Shown here piece after piece: positions 39,521 through 52,780 of a stretch of DNA of 64,000 nucleotides (within the stretch, counting starts at the first letter, position 1; each line of letters starts with the position of its first letter). The translations under genes and the position numbers were made by a program. The DNA is from Lama glama (taxonomy: Eukaryota), in NCBI GenBank assembly GCA_028534125.1, contig CM052817.1:74712001-74776000 (forward strand), in the 5' to 3' direction. The notes beneath the pieces were generated by a model. It worked only from the letters and a program-made list of their open reading frames with translations, had not been told where the DNA came from and did no database searches.

Positions 39521-41447
39521 CTGCAGGCAAATACTTGTTTCTTAGGTCATCAGACTATCATCACCAAGTAAATATGTATCACTTGCTTATATGGTGATTA
39601 TATTTGTGATGCTAAAATAAGGCTATAAAGATATGTTACTCATCCTAAAGAGAACTCGTTATCATGGAATTTCCCCCCATAATTTGGTATGGTTGGGCTG
39701 AGTGAATGTTTGGTTGATTTTCTAATATTACATAATCAGATGTGCTTTAATAATTAAAAAATATGAACGAGCCATTCGTGCTGGTGCACTGAACCATAGC
39801 CTGTGTGAAGGAATCTTTCTGAAATGCCACTGATGTCAGTGGAAATCAGAACCTTAGGCTTGTAGCTTTCATATCAGCAGAAAGCAGTGTGGGTGCTACC
39901 CGACAGGAATGAACTGACTCTTATTCACAACTCAGATAAATGTAATAGTTAAGACCAAGAGCTCATTGAAAAAAAATTTGAAAAGGGAGCCATGATGGAC
40001 AGGATGTGGAAAACCAGATTAACAGCATTTTTTTCATTCATTTATTCAATGATTCAATTCAAGACATACTTATTGTATGCCTACTGTGTGCCATGCACTG
40101 TGCGAGAGTATTTTCCTATTGTTTTGGGAAAAAAATGTTATTAATGTTGGGGTACTTGAGACGAGAATCGATGAAAGGGGTTGGGTTGGTTTATTTTTTA
40201 CATTTTTTTTCTTTTTTTTAAAATTGAAGTGTGGCTAATTGAAGCAAAATTTTAATTGGCACATTTTCCCTACAGTATTGGGTCTCTCTGTATACAGATT
40301 TCAACTGAGCAAGATAGGGCGGGGCAAAGAAAATTCTAAGAGGAACAAAGTAGTTTCAGGTTGTATTCGAGATTTGCTGCTACTTGAAGACCACTGAAAA
40401 CTCTTTCGGCATTTGAGCGAGAGTGTCTCCTTTCCCCGCCATAGACGATAAATAACCTATACTTATTTTATCTGCTCAACATCCCAGAAAACGAGACATT
40501 TCTGGCTTAGTATCTGCCCTGATAAAGATTAGGCAGTGGAAAAATTCCTAGCCTAATCTGTGAGCTAATGAGAAAGGTGAAAATTGGAAGCGGTCATTCA
40601 GAATCTGATTAAATGTAAGAATGTATGTATGTATTTCGGGCAACTTAGTTACAAGTAGTTCCGTTGGGGGAACCCAACTTGGTGGACACATCCAGGACGG
40701 AGGATAGATCAGGAGACAGATCATCCGTACATGAACGTGATAAGTAATCCGTTGAAACTCAGATACAGGTTCACACAGGAGCGACTTACTTTTCTCAGGA
40801 TAACCTACCAGTACCACTGGCAGATTCTCAGCGACTCTGTGATTGGGGCATACAAGTAATTGAGCCAAAATGATAAGGTCTGGTTAAATAGTGAACTGGG
40901 GGTGGGGAGGCTGGTTCTTTTATGACTGTAGATTTTTCATAGCTGTTTTGCTTTTGTCACTATTTTCCTACTTGGTATAACTCTGAATGTGGCCCATTCT
41001 ATTTTTAAAAGGCAGCTCTTTATTTCACCCAAAATATGAACCTGTTAAGATTTCAATACAAAAGGTGTGCTTTTTTTTTTTCGCTTGATACGAGGACAAC
41101 TATCTCAGGCCAACATTCTGCAGGAAATGGAGGCTGCGTTTAGGCACTGCTGCTCCAGGACTAACCACTGTTGTACTTTGTACCACTCTGTCATCAAACA
41201 TTTCCATGGCAATCTAAAACTGGCTTTCACTGATGGTTTTCTCAGTCTTTAAATTTGTGGAAAAGATTATTAAAGATTACACTGCACTGATCAACATCGA
41301 CTGGTTAACCACGTATAAAGTTTTGCACTGTGGTGCTGCTAAGAGCACGGAAGTCAGCAGGGATGAGTTACTGATGCGTCAGATAACGCCTTCAAGAGGA
41401 AGAAAATAGAGGCGGGTTCTGGTCACTGTCTCCCTGTTTTAACATAC

Positions 41448-41592
41448 GCCATAAATATTTCACATCTCTAGATGAGTATTCCTCTGCTACAGACAATTGA
41501 ATGATAAGCATTCTCTTGCATGAAAATGAATTCGCTTTATGACCAGGATCTAATAGTGGTCTTAATAGACACAAGCTCCAACTATCTATTTC
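41448..41592 (-). CDS. Candidate upstream exon of the EF-hand gene (145 bp)
   Basis: Strong acceptor ctcttttttctgccag, donor GC|gtatgt; stop-free EIDSWSLCLLRPLLDPGHKANSFSCKRMLIIQLSVAEEYSSRDVKYLW; how it joins its neighbours is unresolved. Confidence 0.45.
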
Positions 41593-43084
41593 CTGGCAGA
41601 AAAAAGAGCTACACATGAAATATTCTAAAATGAAAGTAAACTTAGGGAAAACTTTGGCTTCTTTACAACTTCTTGCAAATTAATATATAGAGGCTCCTCT
41701 TGTGCTCTGCATGGTTTATCGGGCATTTTTATACGGTTTAAGGGGCCGTGGGTTCAGTCGTGCAGTATGGCTTGGAATTGTGAAGGTTTGCCTCCCCACT
41801 GGCTGCTGTATGCAACCACACCAGAATTGCTGTGTGATGAGCATTTTAGTCTTACCCACGAGTATAACTTGGCTCACCTGGGAGCAGAGGTGATCAGGCC
41901 CTCTAGTCAGGTACATGCCCTTTTAAAATTTTTACAAGAGGATGTCAGTCCGCTCCCAGCGCACCTGTCAATGGAAGCAAACAGCTCTGCACTTAACTCC
42001 CACAGGAAAGCAACCATACTCAGGGTCCTTTCCAGGCGTCTAATCTTGACCAGCCTTTCAATCACATTCAAGTTTGGTTGAGATAAATGCTGTCATAAAG
42101 GACTGCATGAAGATGGTATTATCCATCCATTTATCTCCATATGTATTTTCAAACATATTTTTGGTAGCAGATGCTTTTATCAAATGGGATTTTATGCGCA
42201 GCCTGATACTTAACATGGATTAAAAGAGGCACCTACCCTGATGGAGTCTTTTTTGGCTGAGATGGGATCCCTGAAGTCTTCCATGGAACACATAGCTCTG
42301 CAATGAACAATTTGAAAACCATTGCTCTAATCTGGGGTTGCAAGCCCAAAAGTCTTCAGAGGCTCACTCAGGTGAAGGTACGTGAGTCTGTGTCTAAGAA
42401 ACTTGGGAAGTAGTGAGGGATACATGTAAGAAACAAAGATCGTATTTGAATGGGTGCCTTTGGGATGTGTGTTCTTGTTATAGCAGTTGTGTGTGTGTGT
42501 GTACATTTTGGAGGATAACTGATAAAACTGTAATTCAGAAAAATTCTTTGATTTTTCTCAGGTATTGCTCCCACTTTTAAAATGGAAATAGTATTACCTA
42601 AAAAACAAGTTTGTTGGATAATTAAATGAGACCATGCGTATGAAATACTTATTAGAGTACCTGGCACAAAATGAGCACTCTGTAACTATTAAGTAGTAAT
42701 ATATTTTATAACTAGAAGAATATACGCCAATGTAAGAGCTAATGAAAACCATCAATTATGTTTTGGGAATTGATAGCTTTATTTTTCACTTTATAACTCC
42801 ATTTTTTATTTGCTGAGCTATTGTGAACTAAATTACATACATCATTACATTTCACCTCGAAGTACTTCCAATGTACAGCTTTACAAAACTGTGAGCACAC
42901 ATACACCTAAAATAACACTACTGTATCTGAAAATAAAAATTCCTTCATACCATCCGACACTCAGTCCACTGTCAAATTTTGCCATTTGTCCCTGAAAGAG
43001 CTTTTATAGCTTGTTTGTCCAACAAATAATTTTAAATGGAAAAACACTTACTTAGCATTGCTTTCTATATAATCCATGCCTCAC

Positions 43085-43323
43085 TTGACGATTTTAAGCA
43101 ATTAACTTCATACAAGTTGGCTAGTGGAGAAGGACAAATATTAGGCAAACAAAGGGCAAGGAGAAGACCTGGCTCGAACGGTCTGCTAATCTGAGCCGAC
43201 AGCCAGAGCGTGCTGTTCATGGCAATTGGAATCCAGTGTCACGGGAGCAGGAGTCATGCTTTTTGAATTCATTTCAGCAAGTAATACGACAATGAGCAAT
43301 AATACAAACCTGAGAACTGACAT
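43085..43323 (-). pseudogene. Candidate first coding exon with a signal-peptide-like N-terminus and an apparent frameshift
   Basis: ATG at 43323 (A at -3) gives MSVLRFVLLLIVVLLAEMNSKS... stopping at TAG 43188-43186; an overlapping frame (HWIPIAMNSTLWLSAQISRPFEPGLLLALCLPNICPSPLANLYEVNCLKSS) runs open to donor AA|gtgagg after 43085. Confidence 0.45.
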
Positions 43324-44579
43324 TATGGAACAGAGAATTCACGGCTGTTTCCATAGAGAGTAACTGGTCTGACAAATTATGCATGTAATGGTGCAGCTGG
43401 GTGAGTTTGCCTTTCATCCCCTGAAGTTCCAGTGTAGTGGACATACTCAGTTTGTGAACGCATTCAAATAGACGGGGGATGTCCTATGAGGTGAAAAACA
43501 GAGGCGCCCAGAAAGCAAAGAAGTAATTTTTTTTTAAAGTTACTTTCTAATATTTTCTATGTAATTGAGTGAATTACAATCAAACCGAAAGAATTCAGCA
43601 CCAGGAAGGTACACTGAGTCAAAGAAATGAAATTTTAGTGGAGTCAACAGAGTTTAAATTGTAGATTTAGCAGAAAATGATATGGCAAAGGGTTATTTTT
43701 TGTTTTTCAAATGTGAGTGCTGGCTGCTTTGATTTTGAGCTGTTGACATATATTTCCACCACTTGTGCTTTTGTGCTTTTATGAGAGACTCACAGCAATC
43801 AGAGAAAAGATAAACAAGAATAAAACTGAACATTGTTTTTTAAATTTACTTTAGCCTGAGGTTTCCCAGGCTAGCTGCCAGTGAATTCCCAGAGACTTCT
43901 GATCTTTGAAGATAAAGCTAAATTTTTCAGTCATCTCTTCTCGCTCCAAATTCCCCCACCAAACACACACACATTCATACTCACATAGTCCTTGTATAAT
44001 AATTTGTAGACATAATTTGACAACTGCAGGAATCACTGGTACGATTTATGCTCTCACAGGAAGCAATGGCTTTATTATGAGTTTGGGGGGCTGGCATCAA
44101 GTCAGATATTTTAACCATTCCTTCTAAGTGTCTTTCCTTGTCTCCTCTGCTCCATGTTTTCTCATTCGAAACATTCTTTCTGAGTGATCACATTCGTTAT
44201 GTCTCAAGTACGTTAGCTTTCCTTATTCAAAAATATAATTAATTCTAGAAATAATGGAGCACCTATTGTGTGTCAGGCCCTTTCATTGGCACCAGGGAGC
44301 CAATAGGAAACAAGACAGACAAGCATGTCCATCCTCACGGAGCTGGCATTCTAGAGTGGGAGAGAGAAAGGAACCAAAATAAACCAGTGAGACGTAGACT
44401 ATGCGATGGAGAAAAATAAACTCAGGAAGGAAGAAGGAGCATTCTGGTTAGGTGGGAGTAGGGAGAGAAATCACAACTATAAGCAGGGTAGCCGGAGAAG
44501 GCTTTTATTAAGCCAGGTGCCTTGATGTGGGGCTCCATTTACTAGAGGAAGGGGATGATTATATGTATATTTTGAAGAC

Positions 44580-45485
44580 TTTATTTTTTTAAGAGCAGAG
44601 CAGTTTTAGGTTTACAACAAGATTGAAAGACAAGTACAAAAATTTCCCAGTGAACCCCCCTATTCCAACACATGCCGAGCCTCTCCCATCATCGGAATTC
44701 CTCAGCAAAATGACACTTTTATTTCTTGCAACAAGTATGACTCTACATTGACACATCACTGTTGCCTAAAGTCCATAGTTAGTATTAGGGCTGAATTTTG
44801 TACATTGTATGGGTTTGGAAAAATACATAATAACATGTATCCACCACTGTAGTATCACATAGAGTAATTTCACTGCCGTAAAAATTCTCTGTGCTTCACC
44901 TATTCATCCCTCCCCATAACTCCTGGCAGCCACTAATCGTTTTACTGATTTTATAGTTTTACCTTTTCCAGAATGTCATATAGTTGAAATCATACTGTAT
45001 GTTGCCTTTTCAGATTTCTTTCACTGGGTCATATGAACTTTCAGTTCCTCTTTGTCTTTTCCTGGCTTGATAGTCCATTTCTTTTTAGCAGTGAATAATA
45101 TTCCACCATCTGGATGTACCACAGTTTATTTATCCATTCATGTACTAAAGGACATCTTGGGTGCTTCCAAGTTTTGGTAATTATGAATTAAGCTGCCATA
45201 AACATCCATGTGCAGATTTTTATATGGACATACATTTTCAACTCCTTTGGGCAAATCCCAAGGAGTATAACTGCTGGATCGTATGGTAAGAGTATGTTTA
45301 GTTTTATAAGAAACTGTCTTCCAAAGTAGCTCTACCATTTTGCATTCCCAGCAGCAATACATCAGAGTTTCTCCTGCTCTACATACTTGCCAGTGTTTGG
45401 TGTTGTCTGTGTGCCAGATTTTGGCCATTCCAGTAAGTTTGTAGTGGTATCTCATTATTTTAACTTGCATTTTCTTGATGACATT
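44580..45485 (-). mobile_element. L1 3' fragment (L1MB/L1MC-like)
   Basis: Antisense L1 motifs: gaataatattccacc, cacagtttatttatccattca and ccattttgcattcccagcagcaa. Confidence 0.88.
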
Positions 45486-46719
45486 GGGGGTGCAACGTTA
45501 TGCAGCATGTGCTAACTACGACACTTGGGAACAGTAGATGACAGAAATGAGCAGAGCTAGTGGTGGAGTATTATGAAGATATGTAAGTTAAAGCTTTTTT
45601 TTTTCTTTATACAGAAGAGGGAGGGAAAATGACCTGGAACCCACCATGAGAAACAAGGACCCCTACTTCACTTGTAGGTCCAGGAGTATAAGGGCTGTAA
45701 GGGAGAAATCAAGCTCAATGTTAGACATTTCGAGGACAGCAAGGTTCATAGAGGAGAACTGTGTTTTCATTAGAGTAAGAAAGTGAAAGAAAATTTAGAG
45801 AAGGAAAATTGAGGATATAGGGGAATTTACTAATGCATGTCCACAGCACAATGGTAAGATTTCAGCTTTGATTTCTTTCTTATTTTTAAGTTTTCATGTT
45901 CCACTGTCTAATGTGCATCTCAATGTGAGGAACACAGGCATCTCAAGCCCAAACTGAACTCACTATTTTCCTTCTAAACCTGTTTCTCCTCCTGTAACAT
46001 CTTTCGTTCCTCCTAAGCTGGAGGCTGGAGACAGCCCTGCTTCCTACCTCTCACATTTGATGGAGGCACAGGTCCTATTATACTCTCAGGGACCCAAATG
46101 GGTCCCCACAACTGCTGACCTAGTACATGCCCTTTCATTACTCGGCATGAGATATTAAAAGAATTTTCAAAAATGCCTTAATGTCTCTAGTCTCACTTCC
46201 AATTAACCAGCTTAGCTAATGAAAAGGATATGGATTCTTAAGTCAGATATTTCTCAGTTTGCATACTGCTTTGAGACTTACTGTTGGACAAGAGAAAAGA
46301 TAATTAAAGCTTTCTGATTTTAAACTTTCCTCACTTGTCAAAATGGGACACAATAAAATTGCCTTCTTTATAAGGTTACTGCTAAAATTAAATGAAAGAA
46401 CACCTACCTAATTTATGGTGTTAAATGATGTCCAATTAATGTTAGTTTTCTTCTTCCTCTTACCTTTCTAATCTTTCTATAGTGCAGATTTCATTGTGTT
46501 ATTACACTGTGAAAATAAAACATCTCAGATAGATTCTCCCTGACTATAGAATGGAAAACAAGTCTCTACCATGGCACAAAAAAGTTGAATGATCTTGCTG
46601 TTCTATAACTTTTCCCCTTATACCCTTAGTCACAGCTGGTGGGCTTAAGTCCTAGTAACTGCATTGGCACTAAACCACTTGGCTCAATTTCCACATAGTA
46701 CAGCATCCTAGAAATGGGC

Positions 46720-49262
46720 TAGGTTAGAAACTGACATTTGCTTGCCAAAAATTCATTTTCTTTTCTGTTGTAGCTAACTTTCCCAGCTGTAATACTGTGT
46801 TGTCTCACTCCTTATACTCTTTATATGCTTCAGTCTTCTGCCATAAAATACGGCGATGTTTCTGAGTACTGGGTAGCAGAATTTACATAGACGTGATATG
46901 TACCATTTCCAGGCTTGGTCCTTAAAGCTTTATGTAATCCTCCATGCTCCCTTTCTCGTTGTGTGCAGGCAGATGTGGACAGTGCAATGGAAGGTGCTGA
47001 GCTTACAGGGTACAGGAGTTCAGATCCGAGAATGATTACAGGAGCCGTGTCCCCTCTCAGCCTACAATGGATTGTGATGTAAACAAGAATGAAGCTTTTC
47101 TGGTGGTGATAATTCATTGATATTTTATTGTTGTTTCTAGTAACGTTTAGCCTACTAGACTAACACAAAAATGGTGGGGGCTTGCTGCTGTAATAAAACC
47201 TAAAGTGTGTGTCAGAGGTTCAGAGGCTGAACAATGGGCTACAAAGGAGCCGATGTAACAGGATGACATTGAGATCCATTCTTTATCATGATCACTTATT
47301 CTGTAAAAATGTAACTTTTAATAACTAGCTAGAAAGGCAGACCTCAAGCCTGCCAATATTATCTCTGTGAAAAGCGGTTGGAAAACAGAACATCATTCAT
47401 GAGTATCGGTTACTATTCGGTGAGTCTGGCAGAGTTTTGCAGGAAAGAGAAGGGCTTAGAAAATAGTTGGCCTATTTGTTAGCAAAAAAAAAAAAAAAAA
47501 AGAAAAAAAGAAAAAAAGGAACAGGAGACTTTTGGAGGCCTTTCTAAGGTGGGAGAGCTGATTGTTTCTGAGCTCCAAATGGTGAGAGGCATAAAGGAGA
47601 CTTTGCGCCCTAAAAACCCAGTGAGACTTTTCAGTTGAAGTGGGTTACTCAGCCCTGTGGACAAATCACATTAAAGGCATCCTCCCATTTAGCCTGTTGT
47701 TCCACTGGATGTCACGTCAACAGAGCCCATTAAGTGGAGAGATGAGGGTTAAGGGTGAGCAAGCACAGAAACAAACATGAGGTCAAGGACAGTACTTCGA
47801 GTGTGGCTACTGGCACGTGAAAGTCAAATAAATCAGAAGCCTACTACTATACTTCTGAGTGACTTGTCAGTGAAACAGTGTCAATAAAAAAAAGAAAAAG
47901 CCTTTGAATTGTTCAAGCTATTAAACAAATTTCAGACCACCAGCCTACTCCAAGGGGAAAGGAGCTGTGAAAGCGGGGTACCCCCAGAGGATGGCATTCT
48001 TCCCAGTGCGGATGATGGAAAAGGATGAACCTTCTAAGAGTTTGAGTCAGAGGCCAAAAAGAAGAATGATAAATAAAGAGTTCCTCCCAGAAAGCAGAAA
48101 CAGGGTCTAATTTGGGCATCTCTACCAAGTGTTGGGACAAAAACCTATATCCTTCCAGGTTGACCCAACAGGATTTCAGAATCATTGCTCTCAAATGACT
48201 GTTCCTCTCATTCTTACCTTCTTTAAATGGGCATATTCACTGAAGTTATCCAGGATAACTGCAGGATATTGCAGGATAACTACAATTACATATATAAATT
48301 ATTATATATAAAATATATAATTAAATATATAAATAGATTTGTTTTCTTAGTACATATAGATCACCAGAAATAACATTTGCACTTGAGGACTGCACATCTC
48401 CTGGAGGGTCTAGACTTTGAAGTAGAAGCAGTGACTGAATGAGACTTTGCTGTGTCTCTTTTTGGGAAGGTGGCAAGGGTATTCGATGTGTGAAGAGCAA
48501 AGGTATATTTAAAACACAGGAGTGTCAAAGACCGGCTAGTTGTTCATAGATATCTATTTTATTTGGCCAGTGGCTAGACATTACTTTCAGCCTTTTCATA
48601 TGTGGGGTCATGTGACTACTTTCTGCTCATGGGATCATGGGTGAAGGTGCTGTCCCCCACTTTTAGGCTAGCTCCTCACATAACTCTCTCTGCCTTTGTC
48701 TTCTGGTCCCTGCTGAGGATCAGGCAGAGCCTTAAGGTCCCAGGATGTGGCTTGAGTAACTGCATGCAGCAGCACCTCCTTGATAACCCTTATTGTATGA
48801 TGGCGCAAGCAAGAAGCAAACATTTGATATGATAAGACACTGAGGTTTTGTTTTTTTTTTCCCATAGAAGTTAGCCTCCCTTGTCAAGTACACTTGAATC
48901 ACAGAAGACAAAGCTGGAGTAGAGTTCTTAGCTTCCCTGGGAGTTAATCGTGGCCATATGACTGACTGAGTTGCAGCAAATGGAATATAAATACATGTAC
49001 AGTGTGTCATTTCTGGGCCAGCAGGCATGACCCTCCAAGGTCCCTGTCTGTTGGGTGGATGCAAAAAGTAATCATGCCTTAGGAGACTGCAGAGTCTCTG
49101 AAGGTGAAGGAAGGAGCCTGGATTTCTGAATTAATGCGTGGAGAAAAGCCACATGTCAACCAGGTGCATCCACTTTATATGAGTGAGATGTAAGCTTTTG
49201 TTTTACTTGTATACATCTCACGTCTTTTCCTAATAGCACTTAGCATTTATGCTAAGTAATAA
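46720..49262 (+). mobile_element. MaLR (MLT1-type) LTR element with LTR-internal-LTR organisation
   Basis: LTR-like end ...gcctactagactaacaca (~47168) followed by an MLT-int-like start tggtgggggcttgctgctgtaataaaacctaaa; purine tract then tgtc at ~48523 and a second LTR-like block ending ~49262; boundaries approximate. Confidence 0.65.
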
Positions 49263-49512
49263 AGAGGCCATATTCCTTTATATTTCCTTTGCTTGCATGT
49301 TACATAGTCAGTTTGAGATGTCCTTCTCTGACTTTTTCCACCTGAAAGTTCTTATTCAGCCTTCAAAACTTTCCTCAGGTTCCACTACTTTCTAAATTTT
49401 TCTTAATTCCATAAGCAGTCTTCTATTCTCTTCTCCAGGATAATCGAGAATTTTATGTATCTCTATTATTGTCTTTACATTATTTAATTATAATAATTAA
49501 GTTGCTCATCAG

Positions 49513-49710
49513 ATACATAAAATAGATAAAAAAAGGACCTACTGTATGCCACAAGGAACTATATTCAGTTTCTTGTAATAACATATAACATAATGGAAAA
49601 TAATCTGAGAAAAAATAGGTGTATATATATGTATAACTGAATCGTTTTGCTGTACACCTGCAACTAACACTGTAAATCAACTACATTTCAATAAAAAACA
49701 AAATTAAATA
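49513..49710 (+). mobile_element. Short L1 3'-UTR fragment flanked by a 129-bp direct repeat
   Basis: ggacctactgtat...ggaactatattca...taactgaatc...gctgtacacctg...tgtaaatcaactacatttcaataaaaaa, homologous to 31365-31521. Confidence 0.85.
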
Positions 49711-52519
49711 TTGTCTCAAATCTTAACTACTTTCTAAATTTTTCTTAATTCTATGAGCAGTTATCTATTCTCTTCTCCAGGATACTTGAGAGTTTCATAT
49801 ATCTCCATTATTGTCTTTACATTATTCAATTATAACGATTAATTTGCACATCAGCCTTTCTTTCTTGACGCTGAAGTCACTGACGGCAGGTGTTTGCTTT
49901 ATGTCTCTCTGGTTCTGCCACGCCTCACACAAGGTAGATATACGGTTTCAGAGTGAACAAAAACATTTGTCTGTATTGAGATGTATGTGTCATCTTATGT
50001 GGTCAAAGATACTGAAATGTTTTATGAGTATCGAATATACATTGAATACGTATCAAAGTAAAATAATAGAGTTTAATTGGAAACCTCATTAAAATAGGTT
50101 CAGCTTTAGAACAAACAGAACAGATGATCTGTCTGTGTCAGTTTCAGTATATGGAAATCCTAATAATGCCATGACCCTGATGGAAGGGAACAGAGGATGC
50201 TATAATGGAGATTTTTCTTCCCACTCATCTCAGGTAAAGAAGGGATTTTAATTATTCCTACACTAAACGATTAATTATTCACAAACCGGCTGATCTGAGT
50301 GCTCTGTCTCCACTCCATCCGAGTAACGTTTCAGGCCTCCTCAGGCCTGTGCTGCGTCTGGGCTGTTCAAATGCTGTCCGTTTAGCCTTTTGCTGAGGTT
50401 TCTCACCACTTTTTTCAAGGTCTTTTATGACCGAACAGAAACTTTTATTTCATCAGATGAATTTCAAATGTGAGAGAAAGCCATTTGGGAAAAGGTAATT
50501 ATATTTGATTTCGGATCCAATATAAACAAAGGAAAACAACCTATGCACAAAGCTCAATTTCCATTTGAGTGGTTCATGTGAGAGTCTTCTCCTTTGAATT
50601 TTACCTTAACAGTTAAAAAAAAAAAACCCTGCATATCAAGAATATGAATCAGATGTCCTTACACTGACTGGATTCTCAAAAAGTTTTATTTTTATTATAG
50701 CACACTGTATGAATATAGTGAAAAGGCCATGGATTTAGAATAAAGAGTGCATTTGCTTTGGAGAGAAAATGCCTCAGAGAAAATGTTGTCTCCAGGTTAA
50801 TTCTGTTTATATTTCTGGATAATATGATAAGGACTGATCACCAAAAGGTGAACGAGATGGACCAAAATGCCGTGAACTCAACAACCAGGGCCTCTTATTT
50901 CACTGGTCTCATGTTTTTCTAGACACACTCTCCTAATGCATGGAGTAAAGCTCTTATTAAGTGCTCTCTTCTAGAGTACTTTTAAGTGACAGCCTCAGAT
51001 TTTCCACGTATGTGTGAAGATAAACAAGCGAACAGACACCTGGCACTGTTTACACCAAAGTGCCTGTCTCCTTTGTACCTATGATTAACTTCTTACAAGA
51101 TATATATATTAAATTTCACATGGTATTTTGAAATGTCACTATTTTAAGCAAAAATAAGCTTCAAGAGAGAGATTAGCTGAGTCATATACTTATTACAATA
51201 CAACAATAAAAATGCATCTAGAATTACAATTTCCCAGTGTATACTATTGCCTTGTTGAAACTGCAGAGTATATATGAGCAGCATTGAAGAGAAAATGGGT
51301 GTAGGGCTTAGTGTTAAAGCCATCTGGTGCTCATGAATAAAAGGTCTTTACTTTGTCTCTCCCCATTTTCATTTTAAAAGATTACCAAACAATTGGAAAG
51401 AGTGGATCACCCTTTGTTGTTTTATGTTTGTTGCTTCCCTGCACCTTGTTGCTCTGGGCAAACGACACCATGCTTCTCTATTGTAAGGAGAACAGACAGC
51501 AATGGTGGAGCCGCAAGGCTTTTATTATTACTATATTGAAATGCAAAAATGGCTTTAAAAACTGATCGGACAATAACAGTAATACTTACATTGAACATAA
51601 AAGCACACTATTCCTGGCTTAAAAGTGTCAATGTACCAACTATCTAGGTTTTAAGTAATAGTCTCTATTCTTTATACCATGGAAAAGAGACCGTTTTCCT
51701 ACTTGTAAGAAGAATGGCAAAGAGGCATTGTGAATTCACTTAGGAAGATAGGAATCCGGACAGGTAAATGTTGCTATGAAAATCCATAGCCTGATGCTCA
51801 CATTCTCTTTTATGCCTTAATTATTTGTACTCAAGTTTCAGAGTATTTTAATTCATGATCTTTTCTGTCGCAGTAGCTCAAGGCTCCCCGTTTTCCTGGC
51901 CGTCCCTTGTTGTTACTATATAGACACCAGGAACCACAGACTGAACAATTATTAAAGTCACCTCTTCATCTCCACTTGCACCCCTACTATCCCCCAAAAC
52001 CTTGACCTACAATTTACCCATGTCCTCCTACCTTTTGTTCAGGAACTCTAGCCACACCTCACAGTCTTCCTTCCCTTCTTATTCACTTTCCTTACCCCAG
52101 TCCGTCAGTCTGGGAGCTTTCCCTGTCTCCTGAACACCTCTGAAATAAACCCCTTCCACCCCACTCCCAGTCAGAGGTTTTATGCCTGATTTTGTTGTCT
52201 CACTTCTAGAACTGGTCTCCTAACTGCGCCGGCGATGTCTGGTCTCTCTCCTTTCTAATTTTATCTTTCTTTCCCTCAAACTTGTGTTTCTGAAACAAAT
52301 CTGATCAACTTGAACAACTGTTTAGTCCTCACCGTGTGCATCACAGTGAAGATTTCTTAACATGGCTCCTGAGGTCCCCCGTAAGGCGGCTCCACATCCC
52401 ATCTTTTGCATGGCTCCCCACCATCACCTTCCGTTCCAGCCACGCCGGATCACCCCCACTCCCAGGACATTCCCTCATCCACTTGCTGAGAATCCCCTTC
52501 CGAGGGGGAGAGCCTGGAG

Positions 52520-52780
52520 AGGCAGCAGGGCTCAGTGCCTAGGGCTGTGGATCTCGGACTCAACTTAAACGGGCCTGAGTCTCTGCTCTGCAATTTGCTG
52601 CCCATGAGGCCTGACCAAGTTACCTAAAATTACTAAGCCCAAGCCCCCATATCTCACCTATAAAAGAGGACTAGTAACGTATGCTCTTACGGCTGACATG
52701 AAGACTATACACACTAACTTGGATAAAGTGCTGGGCGCAGGGACTGGCAAGCAGCACAAGCCCAGTGACTAGCAGCTACT
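52520..52780 (+). mobile_element. MIR SINE
   Basis: ccaagttacctaa...ctcacctataaaagagg...taaagtgctgggcgcagggactggca. Confidence 0.65.
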
